Assembly (NCBI GenBank): GCA_965231215.1
Contig: OZ246423.1
Span: forward strand, 544,001 to 608,000
Direction of reading: 5' to 3'
Source: Candidatus Altimarinota bacterium
GTDB taxonomy: Bacteria > Patescibacteriota > Gracilibacteria > UBA4473
Length of the DNA stretch: 64,000 nt
Translations under genes and position numbers: made by a program
The notes under the pieces: model-generated
Database searches by the model: none
What the model was told of the DNA's origin: nothing
What the model saw: only the letters and a program-made list of their open reading frames with translations
Part shown: positions 19,050 to 29,278 of the stretch, one piece after another
Numbering within the stretch: the stretch's first letter is position 1
Layout of the letters: every line of letters starts with the position of its first letter

Positions 19050-20468
19050 TCAAATCTTTTTCACACTCTGCCCACCGGCTTCATCGAGCACTTCAAACCC
19101 CAAATTTTTGATATCGTCTCTGAGTTTATCAGACAACTCCCAATTTTTCTGACTCCGAGCTGTAGCTCGTTTCTCAAGTAAATGGTGAACTTCCTGAGGT
19201 ATTTCAACTTTGTCTGAAGAAAGTATATCAAACACAGGGTTAAAATGTTCTTCTAAAAAGGCAATAACCGATTGTGCATCCCCACCACTCAAAGTTCCTG
19301 ATTCTTTTTGCCGCAGGGCTTCACCAATACAGTCAAAAACAGCCGCTAAAGCTTCGGCAACATTCAGGTCATCATAGAGAGCTGCACCATATTTTTCAGC
19401 ACTAGATTTAGCAAAATTAGAGGCTTGGCCTTGGGCCATTTGACTCAAAACTCTACGAGCTTCATTTATTCTTTCAATAGAGTTTCTGGCTTGCAGTAAA
19501 CTATCTTCCGTAAAGTTAAGAGCAGTTCGATAGTGAGCCGCAAGTAAGGCGTATCTGATTTCTTCCCCCTTCCATCCTTTGGCTAAAAGATCTCGAATAG
19601 TAAAAAAATTTCCTTTAGATTTAGACATTTTTTGTCCATCTACCAGCAGGTGTTTGGCATGCATCCAAAAAGGAATGTGATACCCACAACTACACTGATT
19701 CTGAGCAATTTCACACTCATGATGAGGGAAGGCATTGTCTTCACCTCCCGTGTGGATATCGGTGTGAGGCAGCAAAGATTGACTCATAGCTGAACACTCA
19801 ATGTGCCACCCAGGAAACCCTTTCCCCCAAGGACTATCCCACTGCATTAGGTGATTCTCATTGGCTCGTTTCCACAGGGCAAAATCAAGGGGGTTTTCCT
19901 TTTCATCATTCACCTCTACTCGAGCTCCAGCCTGCAAATCGGCCAAATTATTTTTGGAAAGTTTACCGTAGTCTTCAAATTTAGTAGTACGAAAATACAC
20001 CGACCCATTCACTGCATAAGCAAAATCTTTTGCAATCAAAGTTTGGGTCATATCAATCTGCTCTTTGATATAGTCAGTAGCTTTAGGCCGATAATCAGGC
20101 GCTTGAATCCGAAGCACTTTTTCATCCTCTAAAAAATAATTGGTAAATTTTTCAGCGACAGCAAAGGCATCGATCCCTTCAGCTTTAGCTTTTTTGGCAA
20201 TTTTATCCTCTCCATCGGCATCTGCAAAGTCATCATTCGTTAAGTGTCCTACATCCGTGATGTTCTGAACTTTTGTAACTTTATAGCCGGCGTATTTCAA
20301 AACTCTACTTAAAAGATCCGCCATCAAAAAAGATCTAAAATTCCCAATATGAGCAAAGTCATATACCGTTGGTCCACAAGAATAAATATTGACTGCGCCC
20401 TCAACCCGCGTTTCAAGTTTTTCTTTTTTTCCCGATAAAGTGTTATGCACAAAAATGTCCTGCCCCAT
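19050..20468 (-). CDS. cysS: Cysteine--tRNA ligase
   Basis: CGPTVYD, HIGN, GWHIECS, FPHHECE, KMSKS; probable start MGQDIF. Confidence 0.97.
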   Translation of the reverse strand: MGQDIFVHNTLSGKKEKLETRVEGAVNIYSCGPTVYDFAHIGNFRSFLMADLLSRVLKYAGYKVTKVQNITDVGHLTNDDFADADGEDKIAKKAKAEGIDAFAVAEKFTNYFLEDEKVLRIQAPDYRPKATDYIKEQIDMTQTLIAKDFAYAVNGSVYFRTTKFEDYGKLSKNNLADLQAGARVEVNDEKENPLDFALWKRANENHLMQWDSPWGKGFPGWHIECSAMSQSLLPHTDIHTGGEDNAFPHHECEIAQNQCSCGYHIPFWMHAKHLLVDGQKMSKSKGNFFTIRDLLAKGWKGEEIRYALLAAHYRTALNFTEDSLLQARNSIERINEARRVLSQMAQGQASNFAKSSAEKYGAALYDDLNVAEALAAVFDCIGEALRQKESGTLSGGDAQSVIAFLEEHFNPVFDILSSDKVEIPQEVHHLLEKRATARSQKNWELSDKLRDDIKNLGFEVLDEAGGQSVKKI

Positions 20469-20538
20469 TCGTAAATCAAAAAAAATTCTCAAAGAAGGTA
20501 AACCAAAGTACCCTGAAAGTAAATTAATTATCTTGAAT

Positions 20539-20739
20539 ATGGCACACAACACAAAAGATCATGCCTACCACCTGATGATGCAGCTGGTAGAAGAAAATAA
20601 ATCTCTTTGGCGAATTGAGAGAGATTACGCTGTACACGACAGTAATTGTGAGGAATGCTATGCCTTATGGGAAAAAATGAAATCCGAAAAGGCAGAAAAT
20701 ATTAAGACTTTAGAGGCCTTGGTAAAAAAACACCTTTAG
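20539..20739 (+). CDS. Small ferritin-like helical protein
   Basis: YHLMMQLVEENKSLWRI...CEEC...W pattern; start at 20539. Confidence 0.65.
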   Translation: MAHNTKDHAYHLMMQLVEENKSLWRIERDYAVHDSNCEECYALWEKMKSEKAENIKTLEALVKKHL

Positions 20740-21671
20740 TTTTTTAGAGGACAATAAATACTGGTAATAAGTTTTTCTGGCGGAGTGTTAGCCGAATTAT
20801 TTTCATAGATCTCTAGGGGTTCTTTGCCTTTCGCACACTTCAATTTTTTGTAACGCTGGTAACTCATCATAGCCGACCAGCCATTCCCTAAATGTAGATA
20901 AGAACCAGTATGAACTACTTTCAAAGCCTTCCCTCCATCTAAACTCCCCATTACAAATCCATCCAAATTGGAGGGGAGTTGAGAGACAGAAATACCTGAG
21001 GTATAGCTGGCTTTTCGTTGTACCATATCAAACTTATGATAAATAGAAAAAACGGTTCCAGTCGTTTGAAGGCCATGCTCATCTATAGCTTTTTCAAGAG
21101 CTTTAAAATCCTGTTCCATAGCCGGCCCGAGCTCTTCAATAGAGCAAGTATTTTTTCTGCCGATATAGGAAAATCCTTTTGTTTCTACAATTCCTTCAAT
21201 CGCAACTTTTGAAGTCACCGTGCCGGTTTCTGAATATTCTTTGAGCATCCTCAAGCCTCGTTCATAATCCATCCCCACCCAGGCCTCCATCATCCGTTTC
21301 ATCCAAAACATAACCAGTGGCAATGAACTTTTCATCCCCCAAGTAACAACCGTTTGGTGTCCATCAGGGTTAAAATCCCAATACACCTCTCCACGTGATT
21401 TCCAGGGTTTCAAAAATCTAGCTTCATCTTCAATCCGTTGATTTTTAATTAGTTTTTTATGTTCTAATTCTCCAGACCCAATCCATTCACCATCCCATAT
21501 ATGTACGGCTCCTTCTTGTCCCTGAATCCCTTTAAAATCCACACTACAGTTTGGTTCCATAATCAACCAAGGCGACCAAGACTTTTGAACTTCAAAATTG
21601 GCTACCGCCTCAAAGACATCTTCTACTTTAGCGTTTATGCGAATAGATCTTTCAACCGAAAATAAACTCAT
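20736..21671 (-). CDS. SRPBCC domain plus GyrI-like small-molecule-binding domain
   Basis: WSPW, MDYERGLxMLK, HTGSYLHLGNGW, EIYEN. Confidence 0.88.
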   Translation of the reverse strand: MSLFSVERSIRINAKVEDVFEAVANFEVQKSWSPWLIMEPNCSVDFKGIQGQEGAVHIWDGEWIGSGELEHKKLIKNQRIEDEARFLKPWKSRGEVYWDFNPDGHQTVVTWGMKSSLPLVMFWMKRMMEAWVGMDYERGLRMLKEYSETGTVTSKVAIEGIVETKGFSYIGRKNTCSIEELGPAMEQDFKALEKAIDEHGLQTTGTVFSIYHKFDMVQRKASYTSGISVSQLPSNLDGFVMGSLDGGKALKVVHTGSYLHLGNGWSAMMSYQRYKKLKCAKGKEPLEIYENNSANTPPEKLITSIYCPLKN

Positions 21672-21755
21672 GATTGTATCATTAAAAGCATAGGCATCAT
21701 AAACCCACGTTTTAACCTTGTCGAGATTCATTCAAAATTTTATGCTGACATCTGA

Positions 21756-22586
21756 ATGAAAAATCTTATGAGATACATTATTCCAGTACCCATAAAAAAA
21801 TTTTTAAAATTTAATTACTATGCGGTTCTAGATTTTTGTGACAAAGTTACCGGAAAATACGACCCCAAATATCCTCCCAGAAAACTTAACTTTGTAGGCA
21901 GTTCGGATTTCAAAAAAGTAGGTGATGAATTGGTCACTCACTTTAAAAAAGTGGGGAATCTAAAGCCCTCAGATTCGGTCTTGGATATTGGTTCAGGGAT
22001 TGGAAGGATGGCTATTCCTCTAACTGAATATTTAGATCAAAAAGCCCAATACGAAGGCTTTGATATTGATCTTCGAGGGATTGAGTGGTGCCAAAAAAAC
22101 ATAACTCCCAAATACCCTCATTTTCAGTTTCAATACGTAGATATTTATAACAAATATTACAATTCTGGAGGCGCTATATTAGCCAAAAATTTTGTATTTC
22201 CTTATGCAGACAACCAATTTGATTTCATTTTTGCAACTTCGGTTTTCACGCACATGTTGCCTGAAGATATTAAAAACTATTTATCAGAAATAAATCGTGT
22301 ACTTCGCTCCGGCGGAACACTTTTTCTTACCTGGTTTGTACTCAACCCAGAAACCAAAAAACTGATGGAACAAAAAAAATCTAACGCTCACTTCCAGTAC
22401 CAAAAAAGTGATTGTTTTTACTCACACAAAAATAATATTGAAGCTGAAACCGCCTACCTCGAAACCTGGATTAAAGCCCAATACAAAAACGCCAAAATTG
22501 ATAAAAACCTAACCATTCACCACGGATGGTGGCGTGGTAAAAAAGGCCTGAGTTATCAAGACATTATCATCGCTCAAAAACACTGA
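21756..22586 (+). CDS. Class I SAM-dependent methyltransferase
   Basis: VLDIGSGIGR, FDFIFATSVFTHM, RVLRSGG, YQDI. Confidence 0.9.
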   Translation: MKNLMRYIIPVPIKKFLKFNYYAVLDFCDKVTGKYDPKYPPRKLNFVGSSDFKKVGDELVTHFKKVGNLKPSDSVLDIGSGIGRMAIPLTEYLDQKAQYEGFDIDLRGIEWCQKNITPKYPHFQFQYVDIYNKYYNSGGAILAKNFVFPYADNQFDFIFATSVFTHMLPEDIKNYLSEINRVLRSGGTLFLTWFVLNPETKKLMEQKKSNAHFQYQKSDCFYSHKNNIEAETAYLETWIKAQYKNAKIDKNLTIHHGWWRGKKGLSYQDIIIAQKH

Positions 22587-22609
22587 ACCCCCACAAGCAA
22601 GGGGAATAT

Positions 22610-22666
22610 CTCTTCGTGTCCTTAACCCAAACGGACACCTTTCTAGAGAGGGGATACGTAGAGAGA
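22610..22666. repeat. REP-like nested palindrome between convergent genes
   Basis: TCTCTTCGTGTCC...GGATACGTAGAGA arms, with alternative inner hairpins GTGTCC/GGACAC and CCTTTCTAGAGAGG. Confidence 0.4.
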
Positions 22667-22685
22667 AAACAGCTCCATCCCGCGC

Positions 22686-22844
22686 CTAAAATATTGTATA
22701 AATGAAAGGCGCCAGAGCTGAACCTTGTGTAAAAATTATGAGTAATCCCAATAGGCTGAAAATCAAAAACAAAGGAAACATCCAGAACTTCTTTCTTGCT
22801 ACCATAAATCCGAAAAGATCTTTTACAGTTTTAAATTTATGCAT
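22686..22844 (-). CDS. DUF5989 / SxtK-like small membrane protein, 52 aa (not in the ORF track)
   Basis: Translates MHKFKTVKDLFGFMVARKKFWMFPLFLIFSLLGLLIIFTQGSALAPFIYTIF, with the RKKxW and GSALAPFIYT signature. Confidence 0.9.
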   Translation of the reverse strand: MHKFKTVKDLFGFMVARKKFWMFPLFLIFSLLGLLIIFTQGSALAPFIYTIF

Positions 22845-22882
22845 CAAAAAAGATTCTCGTTAAATCCTTTTTAAATTCAAAT

Positions 22883-22912
22883 AAAAAGTGGGGAGTTCCC
22901 TCAAACTCCCCA
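22883..22912 (-). terminator. Intrinsic terminator of the SLH-thioredoxin gene
   Basis: TGGGGAGTT-N6-AACTCCCCA plus U tract on the minus strand. Confidence 0.7.
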
Positions 22913-22940
22913 TCACAAAAACTCAAATCAATCGTACGCT

Positions 22941-24266
22941 CTAAAAAAAGTTCTTTATATCATCAAAGCTAAGTCCTGGTTTAGTCTTCACAACTTTTCC
23001 TGCATCAAAAAAGACTCCCGTTGTCTGATGTGTAACTCCATATTTTTTCTTTAAATCAGCATAAGTATCATAATCAACTTTTAAAATCACGGTGCCTTCA
23101 GGGAGTTCTGAAATCTGATCATTAATTTTTCGTTCTAATTTTTGGCAATTTGGGCACCAACTCGCCTGAAAATTCAAAACAAATTTATCACCATTAGCCA
23201 CTAAAGTGTCAAAACGTTGATAAGAAAAATCTTCATTTACAGCCATTTTTTTCATCATTTTATCTTCTGTGTGAGCGGCTAAATTCGTAAGCCGCCCTTC
23301 TACTACGTGATCAGCTGGCGCTGGATCTCCATCATCCGGTTCAATCGTAAGCACATAGAATAGGTGATCGCTTAAATCCTCTGAAGTTTCATATACGTTT
23401 ACATATCTACCATTATGCTTTTCGGCTTTTCCAGTACTAATAACGCTGAGCCCGTTTGTTTCACGAACAATCCATCCTTCGTAAAAATATCCTTCACCTG
23501 GATCAACTAAGTTTTCAAAATGAGCTACCAAAGTGTACTTGCCATCACTCAATCGGGCTTTGGCATTCCCACTTGCACCGCTTCCATCTACTGGCGCTAA
23601 GATTCCAGCCTGATGAAAAGTGCCTGTAGGAATTTTGATCATCATTTTGTCCTCTGTTACTTTTTCTTCTGGAAAAAAGTATGAATATTTTCTATGAGGT
23701 TTTGTTTGTTTGTTGGCTTTAAGTCGGTAGATAATTTCAGCCATAATGCCACGATTCACCACCTGGTCTATAGCCTGTACCTCTTCTGGAAGAGCCCCAG
23801 CCTCACCAAGATCCTCAAGATAAGGTTTAAACCAAGGGTTTCCAGTTCGAGCTCCTTTCCGGTGAGCTGAGATAATTTTGGCCGCTTCCGCTACATTGAT
23901 GGTAGCACCAGGTCTAAAAGTCCCATCTTCGTAGCCCTTAATGAGTCCTTTTTCATACGCTAAACAAATATAAGGCGTATACCAAACATTCGCTGCCACA
24001 TCACTAAAAGGCACGGTTGAAATAGAACACTGCTGAGCCATCTGAACCCCAAAGTAGGTTTCTATAATAATTTTGGTAAAGGCCGCTCGAGAAATTGATT
24101 GAGCCGGCTTGTAAGTTCCATCTGGATTCCCCGCTACCACCCCTTCTGATTTAAGGTAATTTATGGCTTCGGCATGCGGATGACTGGTTGGCACATCTGG
24201 AAACGCAGCCTGAGTTGCCAGTGGCAAACCCAAAACAAAAGCGAAAAGTAACCAATAATTTTTCAT
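22941..24266 (-). CDS. Exported SLH-domain protein with a central beta domain and C-terminal thioredoxin
   Basis: FPDV, GNPDGTYKP, GYEDGTFRP (SLH); YEGW...LTIEPDDGDPAP; ASWCPNC. Confidence 0.85.
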   Translation of the reverse strand: MKNYWLLFAFVLGLPLATQAAFPDVPTSHPHAEAINYLKSEGVVAGNPDGTYKPAQSISRAAFTKIIIETYFGVQMAQQCSISTVPFSDVAANVWYTPYICLAYEKGLIKGYEDGTFRPGATINVAEAAKIISAHRKGARTGNPWFKPYLEDLGEAGALPEEVQAIDQVVNRGIMAEIIYRLKANKQTKPHRKYSYFFPEEKVTEDKMMIKIPTGTFHQAGILAPVDGSGASGNAKARLSDGKYTLVAHFENLVDPGEGYFYEGWIVRETNGLSVISTGKAEKHNGRYVNVYETSEDLSDHLFYVLTIEPDDGDPAPADHVVEGRLTNLAAHTEDKMMKKMAVNEDFSYQRFDTLVANGDKFVLNFQASWCPNCQKLERKINDQISELPEGTVILKVDYDTYADLKKKYGVTHQTTGVFFDAGKVVKTKPGLSFDDIKNFF

Positions 24267-24362
24267 GAGAGAGAACGTTAAAAAATAATAACTATTTCCA
24301 ACTTAACGATAGGACCAAAAATACTCAAGCCTGCACTGTTGCCTCCGCAACAAAAAAATGAT

Positions 24363-25484
24363 TTAAAGCCCAAGAGATCTGAGTTCTTTTAATAAAAAGT
24401 CAGCATAAAACACATGTCCTAGGGTATCAAAGTGAGGATCTGCGTTATGCAAAAAATAAAGTTTATGCCTTTGTGGATGGTTCCTAAATTCACTCAAAGG
24501 ATTGGCGCATGTTAAATCCAATTTTTTACACCAGTGCAAAATATGCTTTTGTGGGCGGTCAGCCTCTTTGGCTTCCTGATCAAAGTGCATCACCGCGTAC
24601 TTTTTCTCATACCCTTTATCTACCTGTACATCCATAGGAATTAAAGAAATCAAAACCGGAATATCACTGATTTCCGAAAAATATTTAATGCTTTTCATAA
24701 CATCGGTAAATCTATTCCAATAATCTTGAAGTTCTGGATCTTGCGCCGGATGATCTCTAGATAAAAAAACCGGCCAGGTCAGCGTTGGAGGTTCAGATTC
24801 AATGCGTTTCCATCCATTTTTATACATCAGAATTTCAAATCTTTCATTAAGCCAATGCCAGGCATAACTCTGCGGAATTTGGGTTTCTTTACTTTCTAAT
24901 TTCCCTTCGGTGTTAGCAAAAACTTTTTGATCCTTCACCGCTAGTATTTCTTCCCCTCCCATAATCCAGTGCTTTCGACGGAGTTCAGTAATATCATTAG
25001 CCACAAAGATATTCATGATTACCAAATCGGGCTTCATCAATTCCGCATACTTTTGCATAAGCAAATAATAATTATCAATGGAGTATCCAATATGTCCGGC
25101 ATTCCAAACTTTCCATCTCTCCCCCAGTTGTGATTCTAAAATCTCAGAAAAAGTATCTTCTTGATCAACTCCGGTTCCAAACGTAAAGGAATCTCCTAAC
25201 ATCAAAATGTTTTTATCCCAATTATTGGCTTCAAAATTTTCATCTCGAAAACCAATATTATTTATATGAATTTCTGGTGTAGGCACCCCGTACCCATTTT
25301 CAGCGAATGCCCCTGGTTTGTGCGCATAAGTATTCAATGCATCTGGTTGGTAAATAGGAATCCCTACGGCTGAAACGGTATCCTGGTGAAAATTTTTTTC
25401 ATACCTTAAAAAAACCTCCAAACCTCCAAACGCTATCCCTCCAAAAAAGACACAAAAAAATAAATTCCAGAACAAAACCTTCAT
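24363..25484 (-). CDS. SGNH/GDSL hydrolase family protein, membrane-anchored
   Basis: NNIGFRD, LGDSFTFG, NAG, NDI, DPHF...GH. Confidence 0.88.
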   Translation of the reverse strand: MKVLFWNLFFCVFFGGIAFGGLEVFLRYEKNFHQDTVSAVGIPIYQPDALNTYAHKPGAFAENGYGVPTPEIHINNIGFRDENFEANNWDKNILMLGDSFTFGTGVDQEDTFSEILESQLGERWKVWNAGHIGYSIDNYYLLMQKYAELMKPDLVIMNIFVANDITELRRKHWIMGGEEILAVKDQKVFANTEGKLESKETQIPQSYAWHWLNERFEILMYKNGWKRIESEPPTLTWPVFLSRDHPAQDPELQDYWNRFTDVMKSIKYFSEISDIPVLISLIPMDVQVDKGYEKKYAVMHFDQEAKEADRPQKHILHWCKKLDLTCANPLSEFRNHPQRHKLYFLHNADPHFDTLGHVFYADFLLKELRSLGL

Positions 25485-25634
25485 TGAGATATTTATACCT
25501 GATTACCTCCTAATTAACAGCTAAAAATTCCACAAACATGAGGCAATAAATACTCCACCAAGAGGGACTCTTCCTCTCGGAGTATTTCTTCGTCTTCTGG
25601 TATTTCTTTTACAAGTAATGAATCCAAGGAAAAT

Positions 25635-27440
25635 CTAATCTTCTTCAAATTGTTCCAAGACAAAATGCTGTTTCAATTTTTCCTTGTCTATGTCCTGAGA
25701 ATCCACAATACAATTTTCCAATACCAAGATATCCATATCCGTACGAATAAAACACTTAAACGCTTCCTCAAAATGACACACTATTGGCTCTCCACGAACA
25801 TTAAAAGAGGTATTAATAACCGTGTTACAACCCGTTAAATTTTTAAATTCAGAAATAAGGCCATGATACCGAGGGTTGGTTTTAGCCGAAACGGTTTGGA
25901 TTCTGGCCGAACCGTCTTTATGAGTAATCGCTGGTAAATCTTTTACCTTGGTCTGAGTGGTCAATAGCATATACGGACTTTCTTTGCCTCGCAGATCAAA
26001 AATCTCATTTGCCTCTTCTGCCAAAACCGAAGGAGCGAAGGGCCTGAAGCTTTCCCTAAATTTTATTTTTAGATTTACTCGTTTCCAGTTTTCTTCCTGT
26101 CTGGGATCGGCAATAATTGATCGATTTCCTAGAGCCCGTGGGCCAAATTCCATACGACCATGAAAGTGTCCAATCACTTTATCTTGTTCTAAGTATGAAG
26201 CGACTTTTTTTTGTAAGGCTTTTTCAGAATCAAGCTTATCAAATTTAATGCCATTATGTTGCAAAAACCTTTCAATATCTTTCTCTCTAAACGCTGGCCC
26301 TAGATAGACATGTTCAATACTATTTCTTTTAGTAACGCCTTTCCCCTGATGATGAACATACAGTGCCGCTCCTACACTGCCCCCAGCATCTCCTGCCGCT
26401 GGAAAAATAGACAGGTTTTCAAAGGGGCCATCACGTAAAATTTTTCCATTTGCTACACAATTCAACGCTACCCCACCAGACATACAGAGGTTTTTATGGG
26501 GATACTTTTTATACGCATAATTCACCAATCCCATCAGGAGTTCTTCCGTTACTTCCTGAAGGCTTTTAGCCAGGTCTTTATGATATTGAGTAAGATCATC
26601 ATTAGAATTTCTTACCGGCGCTCCAAAATGATTAACAAATTTCTTAGAAATCATTTTAAGGTCGTAACTGTAGGCGAAATATTGTGGCTTTAGATGAAAA
26701 CTCCCATCTTCAAAAACCTCCAAAAGCTCATAAATTTTATCTTTGTATTTAGGTTCTCCATAGGGAGCAAGCCCCATAACTTTATATTCTCCACTATTCA
26801 CTTTAAACCCAAGATAATAAGTAAAAGCGCTATAAAAAAGTCCTAGAGAATCTGGATACACAATTTCTTCTTTGAGGGTAAGTTCATTGTTATTGCCGAC
26901 CCCCAGGGTTGTGGTGGACCACTCACCTACACCATCTACCGTTAAAATAGTCGAGCTTTCAAATTTTGAGACGTAAAAGGAAGAAGCTCCATGACTTATA
27001 TGATGAGGTACATAAAAGATTTTACCATTGTATGGCATTATTTTTTCTGTTCCTTTTTTGGTTCTATTACGAGGCATAAAAATACCCAGCTCTTTACGAA
27101 TAATATGCTCCATCCAGAGTTTTTTACTCAGCCAGGTTCGCATGGCTTTTAGAAAAGATCTAAACCCCAAAGGCCAGTGGCGAATATAGGTCAAAAGAAG
27201 GCGCTCAAACTTCCAGATAGGTTTTTCATAAAAAGCCACATGTGCAACTTCTTCAAGTGTTATGCCACATTCTTCCAGACAATATTCAACCGCTTTCGTA
27301 GGAAAATTTTCATCCTGTTTGATACGTGTAAAACGCTCTTCTTGAGCCGCAGCTACCACTACACCATCTTTTAAAATACACGCACTACTATCGTGGTAAA
27401 AACAGGCAAGTCCTAAAATATATTGTGGCTTTTGGGGCAT
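25635..27440 (-). CDS. O-carbamoyltransferase (NodU/CmcH/SxtI family)
   Basis: YHDSSA, QEERFTRIK, DGVGEW, GEYKVMGLAPYG, EFGPRALGNRS, KFRESFRPFAP, NTSFNVRGEP. Confidence 0.95.
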   Translation of the reverse strand: MPQKPQYILGLACFYHDSSACILKDGVVVAAAQEERFTRIKQDENFPTKAVEYCLEECGITLEEVAHVAFYEKPIWKFERLLLTYIRHWPLGFRSFLKAMRTWLSKKLWMEHIIRKELGIFMPRNRTKKGTEKIMPYNGKIFYVPHHISHGASSFYVSKFESSTILTVDGVGEWSTTTLGVGNNNELTLKEEIVYPDSLGLFYSAFTYYLGFKVNSGEYKVMGLAPYGEPKYKDKIYELLEVFEDGSFHLKPQYFAYSYDLKMISKKFVNHFGAPVRNSNDDLTQYHKDLAKSLQEVTEELLMGLVNYAYKKYPHKNLCMSGGVALNCVANGKILRDGPFENLSIFPAAGDAGGSVGAALYVHHQGKGVTKRNSIEHVYLGPAFREKDIERFLQHNGIKFDKLDSEKALQKKVASYLEQDKVIGHFHGRMEFGPRALGNRSIIADPRQEENWKRVNLKIKFRESFRPFAPSVLAEEANEIFDLRGKESPYMLLTTQTKVKDLPAITHKDGSARIQTVSAKTNPRYHGLISEFKNLTGCNTVINTSFNVRGEPIVCHFEEAFKCFIRTDMDILVLENCIVDSQDIDKEKLKQHFVLEQFEED

Positions 27441-27441
27441 T

Positions 27442-27672
27442 TTAAAATTGTTTCTCTAAGTCTTCTAAGGTTTTAGGTTGGTGTTCAAACGACCTCCAGG
27501 TGGTTTTTGGTTTCCGTTGAAAGAGCGAAAATAAATCATAAAAAATCGAGTAAATCCCAATAAACACAAAGTACACGAGTCCCAACAATATATGCTCATT
27601 AACCCACCCAATAGCATGAGCCAATTTCATCCAACCTTTCCAGAGGTAATTCCCTAAAGTTTTGAGTTTCAT
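27442..27672 (-). CDS. SxtJ-like small membrane protein
   Basis: WMKLAHAIGWVN...LLGLVYF...EKQF; directly upstream of the carbamoyltransferase. Confidence 0.8.
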   Translation of the reverse strand: MKLKTLGNYLWKGWMKLAHAIGWVNEHILLGLVYFVFIGIYSIFYDLFSLFQRKPKTTWRSFEHQPKTLEDLEKQF

Positions 27673-27769
27673 TGATTTAGAACCTAAGAGTTAAAAGTGA
27701 TCAAAAACGAGGAGTTCAAGGAAGCCAAAAATTTTTGCAGCTGACACAGAAATTCAAAGTTTTTCTTCA

Positions 27770-29218
27770 TCACTTTAAATAAGCATTAATTCGGTTTAGA
27801 GATTCCTCTTTTCCAAGTATCTCCACCATCTCAAATGGCCCGGCAGACTTGTCTTTTCCCGATAAAGCTACACGGAACGGCCACAAAAATTGGCCATTTT
27901 TGAGTCCCATTTCTTGGATACGTTCAATACAGATTTCACGGAGATTTTCTCGATTCAAATCTACCTCATCCATGTTTTGCAAGAGTGTAGCAATTTCTGA
28001 CAGAACACTTTTTGATAAAGCCTTATCAACTTTCATTTTTTCATGTTCGAGAAGATCTTCGTTCACTTCTGGAGCCTCATAAAAATAAGCCATATTATCC
28101 CAATAGTCTGAAAATTTTGGTGATTTTTCACGTACAATTTCTAAAATTTTCTGACACTTGGTGGCATCTTCCATACAAGTTTTTAAAGGCTCTGGATCAT
28201 AAGCTTCACTCCACTCTAAAAATCTATTATACAAGATTTCAATATCCAAACGCATGGCCCATTTTTGGTTATACCAGGCAATTTTAGCTTCATCATATTT
28301 AGAAGCCGCCGGATTTATATGTTCTACCTTGAAAACTTCAATCAGCTCAGAAAGTGAGAAAATTTCTTCCGTTGTTTTTGGATTCCAGCCTAAGAAAGCC
28401 AGTCCATTCAGCACCGCTTCTGGTAGATATCCTTGAGCCCTAAAATCAGCAATAAGCACCGTTCCAACCCGTTTAGAAAGCTTTTTACCTTCTGTATCTA
28501 CTACTAGTGGAATATGCCCATAGACTGGAGGATTTACCCCCAGGGCTTCCCACAGCAAAAGCTGTTTTGGGGTGTTGGTAATATGATCTTCTCCGCGAAT
28601 CACATGGCTAATACTTTGTGCCTGGTCATCAAACACATTCGCCAAAATGTACAAAATCGTTCCGTTATTTCGGGCCACCACATAGTCTCCCAGAACTTTA
28701 CTATTAATCTGAACACCACCACGCACCATATCTTCCCATTCAATGAGCCTGTCTTGTGGAGTTTTAAATCTCCACGCATAAGGTTTTCCCGTCATCATCT
28801 CCGCTTCCAATTGGGCTCTGTCCCAATCTCTATAAGGAGACCAAAATACAAAATTCGTCCGTTCTTTATGCGCTTTCTCTCTCATTTGATCAATTTCCTC
28901 TGGGGTCACAAAGCAGGGGAAAACTTTGCCCTCTTCCCATAGTTTTTCAAGTCGACCTTTGTGTTCAGACAGGGAGTCTGTTTGATGCACCATTATAGAA
29001 GCTTCTTCTGGGAAACGCATCCCAAGCCAGCTTAGTCCTTCCAAAATTTCAGCTTCAAAGGCTTTATTTGACCTCTCTATATCGGTATCTTCCCATCTAA
29101 AAACAATAGCTCCGTTATGTGATTTAGCAAAGACATAATTAAACAAAACCGTTCGAGCGGTTCCTAAATGAAGTTTCCCCGTAGGTGATGGAGGCATCCG
29201 AACTATAACTTCTGACAT
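27770..29218 (-). CDS. gltX: Glutamate--tRNA ligase
   Basis: PSPTGKLHLG, RWEDTD, HVIRGEDH, KLSKR, RVALSG. Confidence 0.96.
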   Translation of the reverse strand: MSEVIVRMPPSPTGKLHLGTARTVLFNYVFAKSHNGAIVFRWEDTDIERSNKAFEAEILEGLSWLGMRFPEEASIMVHQTDSLSEHKGRLEKLWEEGKVFPCFVTPEEIDQMREKAHKERTNFVFWSPYRDWDRAQLEAEMMTGKPYAWRFKTPQDRLIEWEDMVRGGVQINSKVLGDYVVARNNGTILYILANVFDDQAQSISHVIRGEDHITNTPKQLLLWEALGVNPPVYGHIPLVVDTEGKKLSKRVGTVLIADFRAQGYLPEAVLNGLAFLGWNPKTTEEIFSLSELIEVFKVEHINPAASKYDEAKIAWYNQKWAMRLDIEILYNRFLEWSEAYDPEPLKTCMEDATKCQKILEIVREKSPKFSDYWDNMAYFYEAPEVNEDLLEHEKMKVDKALSKSVLSEIATLLQNMDEVDLNRENLREICIERIQEMGLKNGQFLWPFRVALSGKDKSAGPFEMVEILGKEESLNRINAYLK

Positions 29219-29278
29219 AAAATTAAAACCATAAGATTGCCCCGGCAGTATAGTACCGAATGCAGAATACTCAATGGT

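Noticed and set aside
22686-27672. Saxitoxin biosynthesis cluster
   Set aside because: Only the widespread I/J/K/L-like tailoring genes are present; no sxtA, sxtG or other core genes.
29219-29278. T-box leaders for gltX (and for cysS at 20469-20538)
   Set aside because: The spacers are too short and lack a TGGNACC antiterminator.
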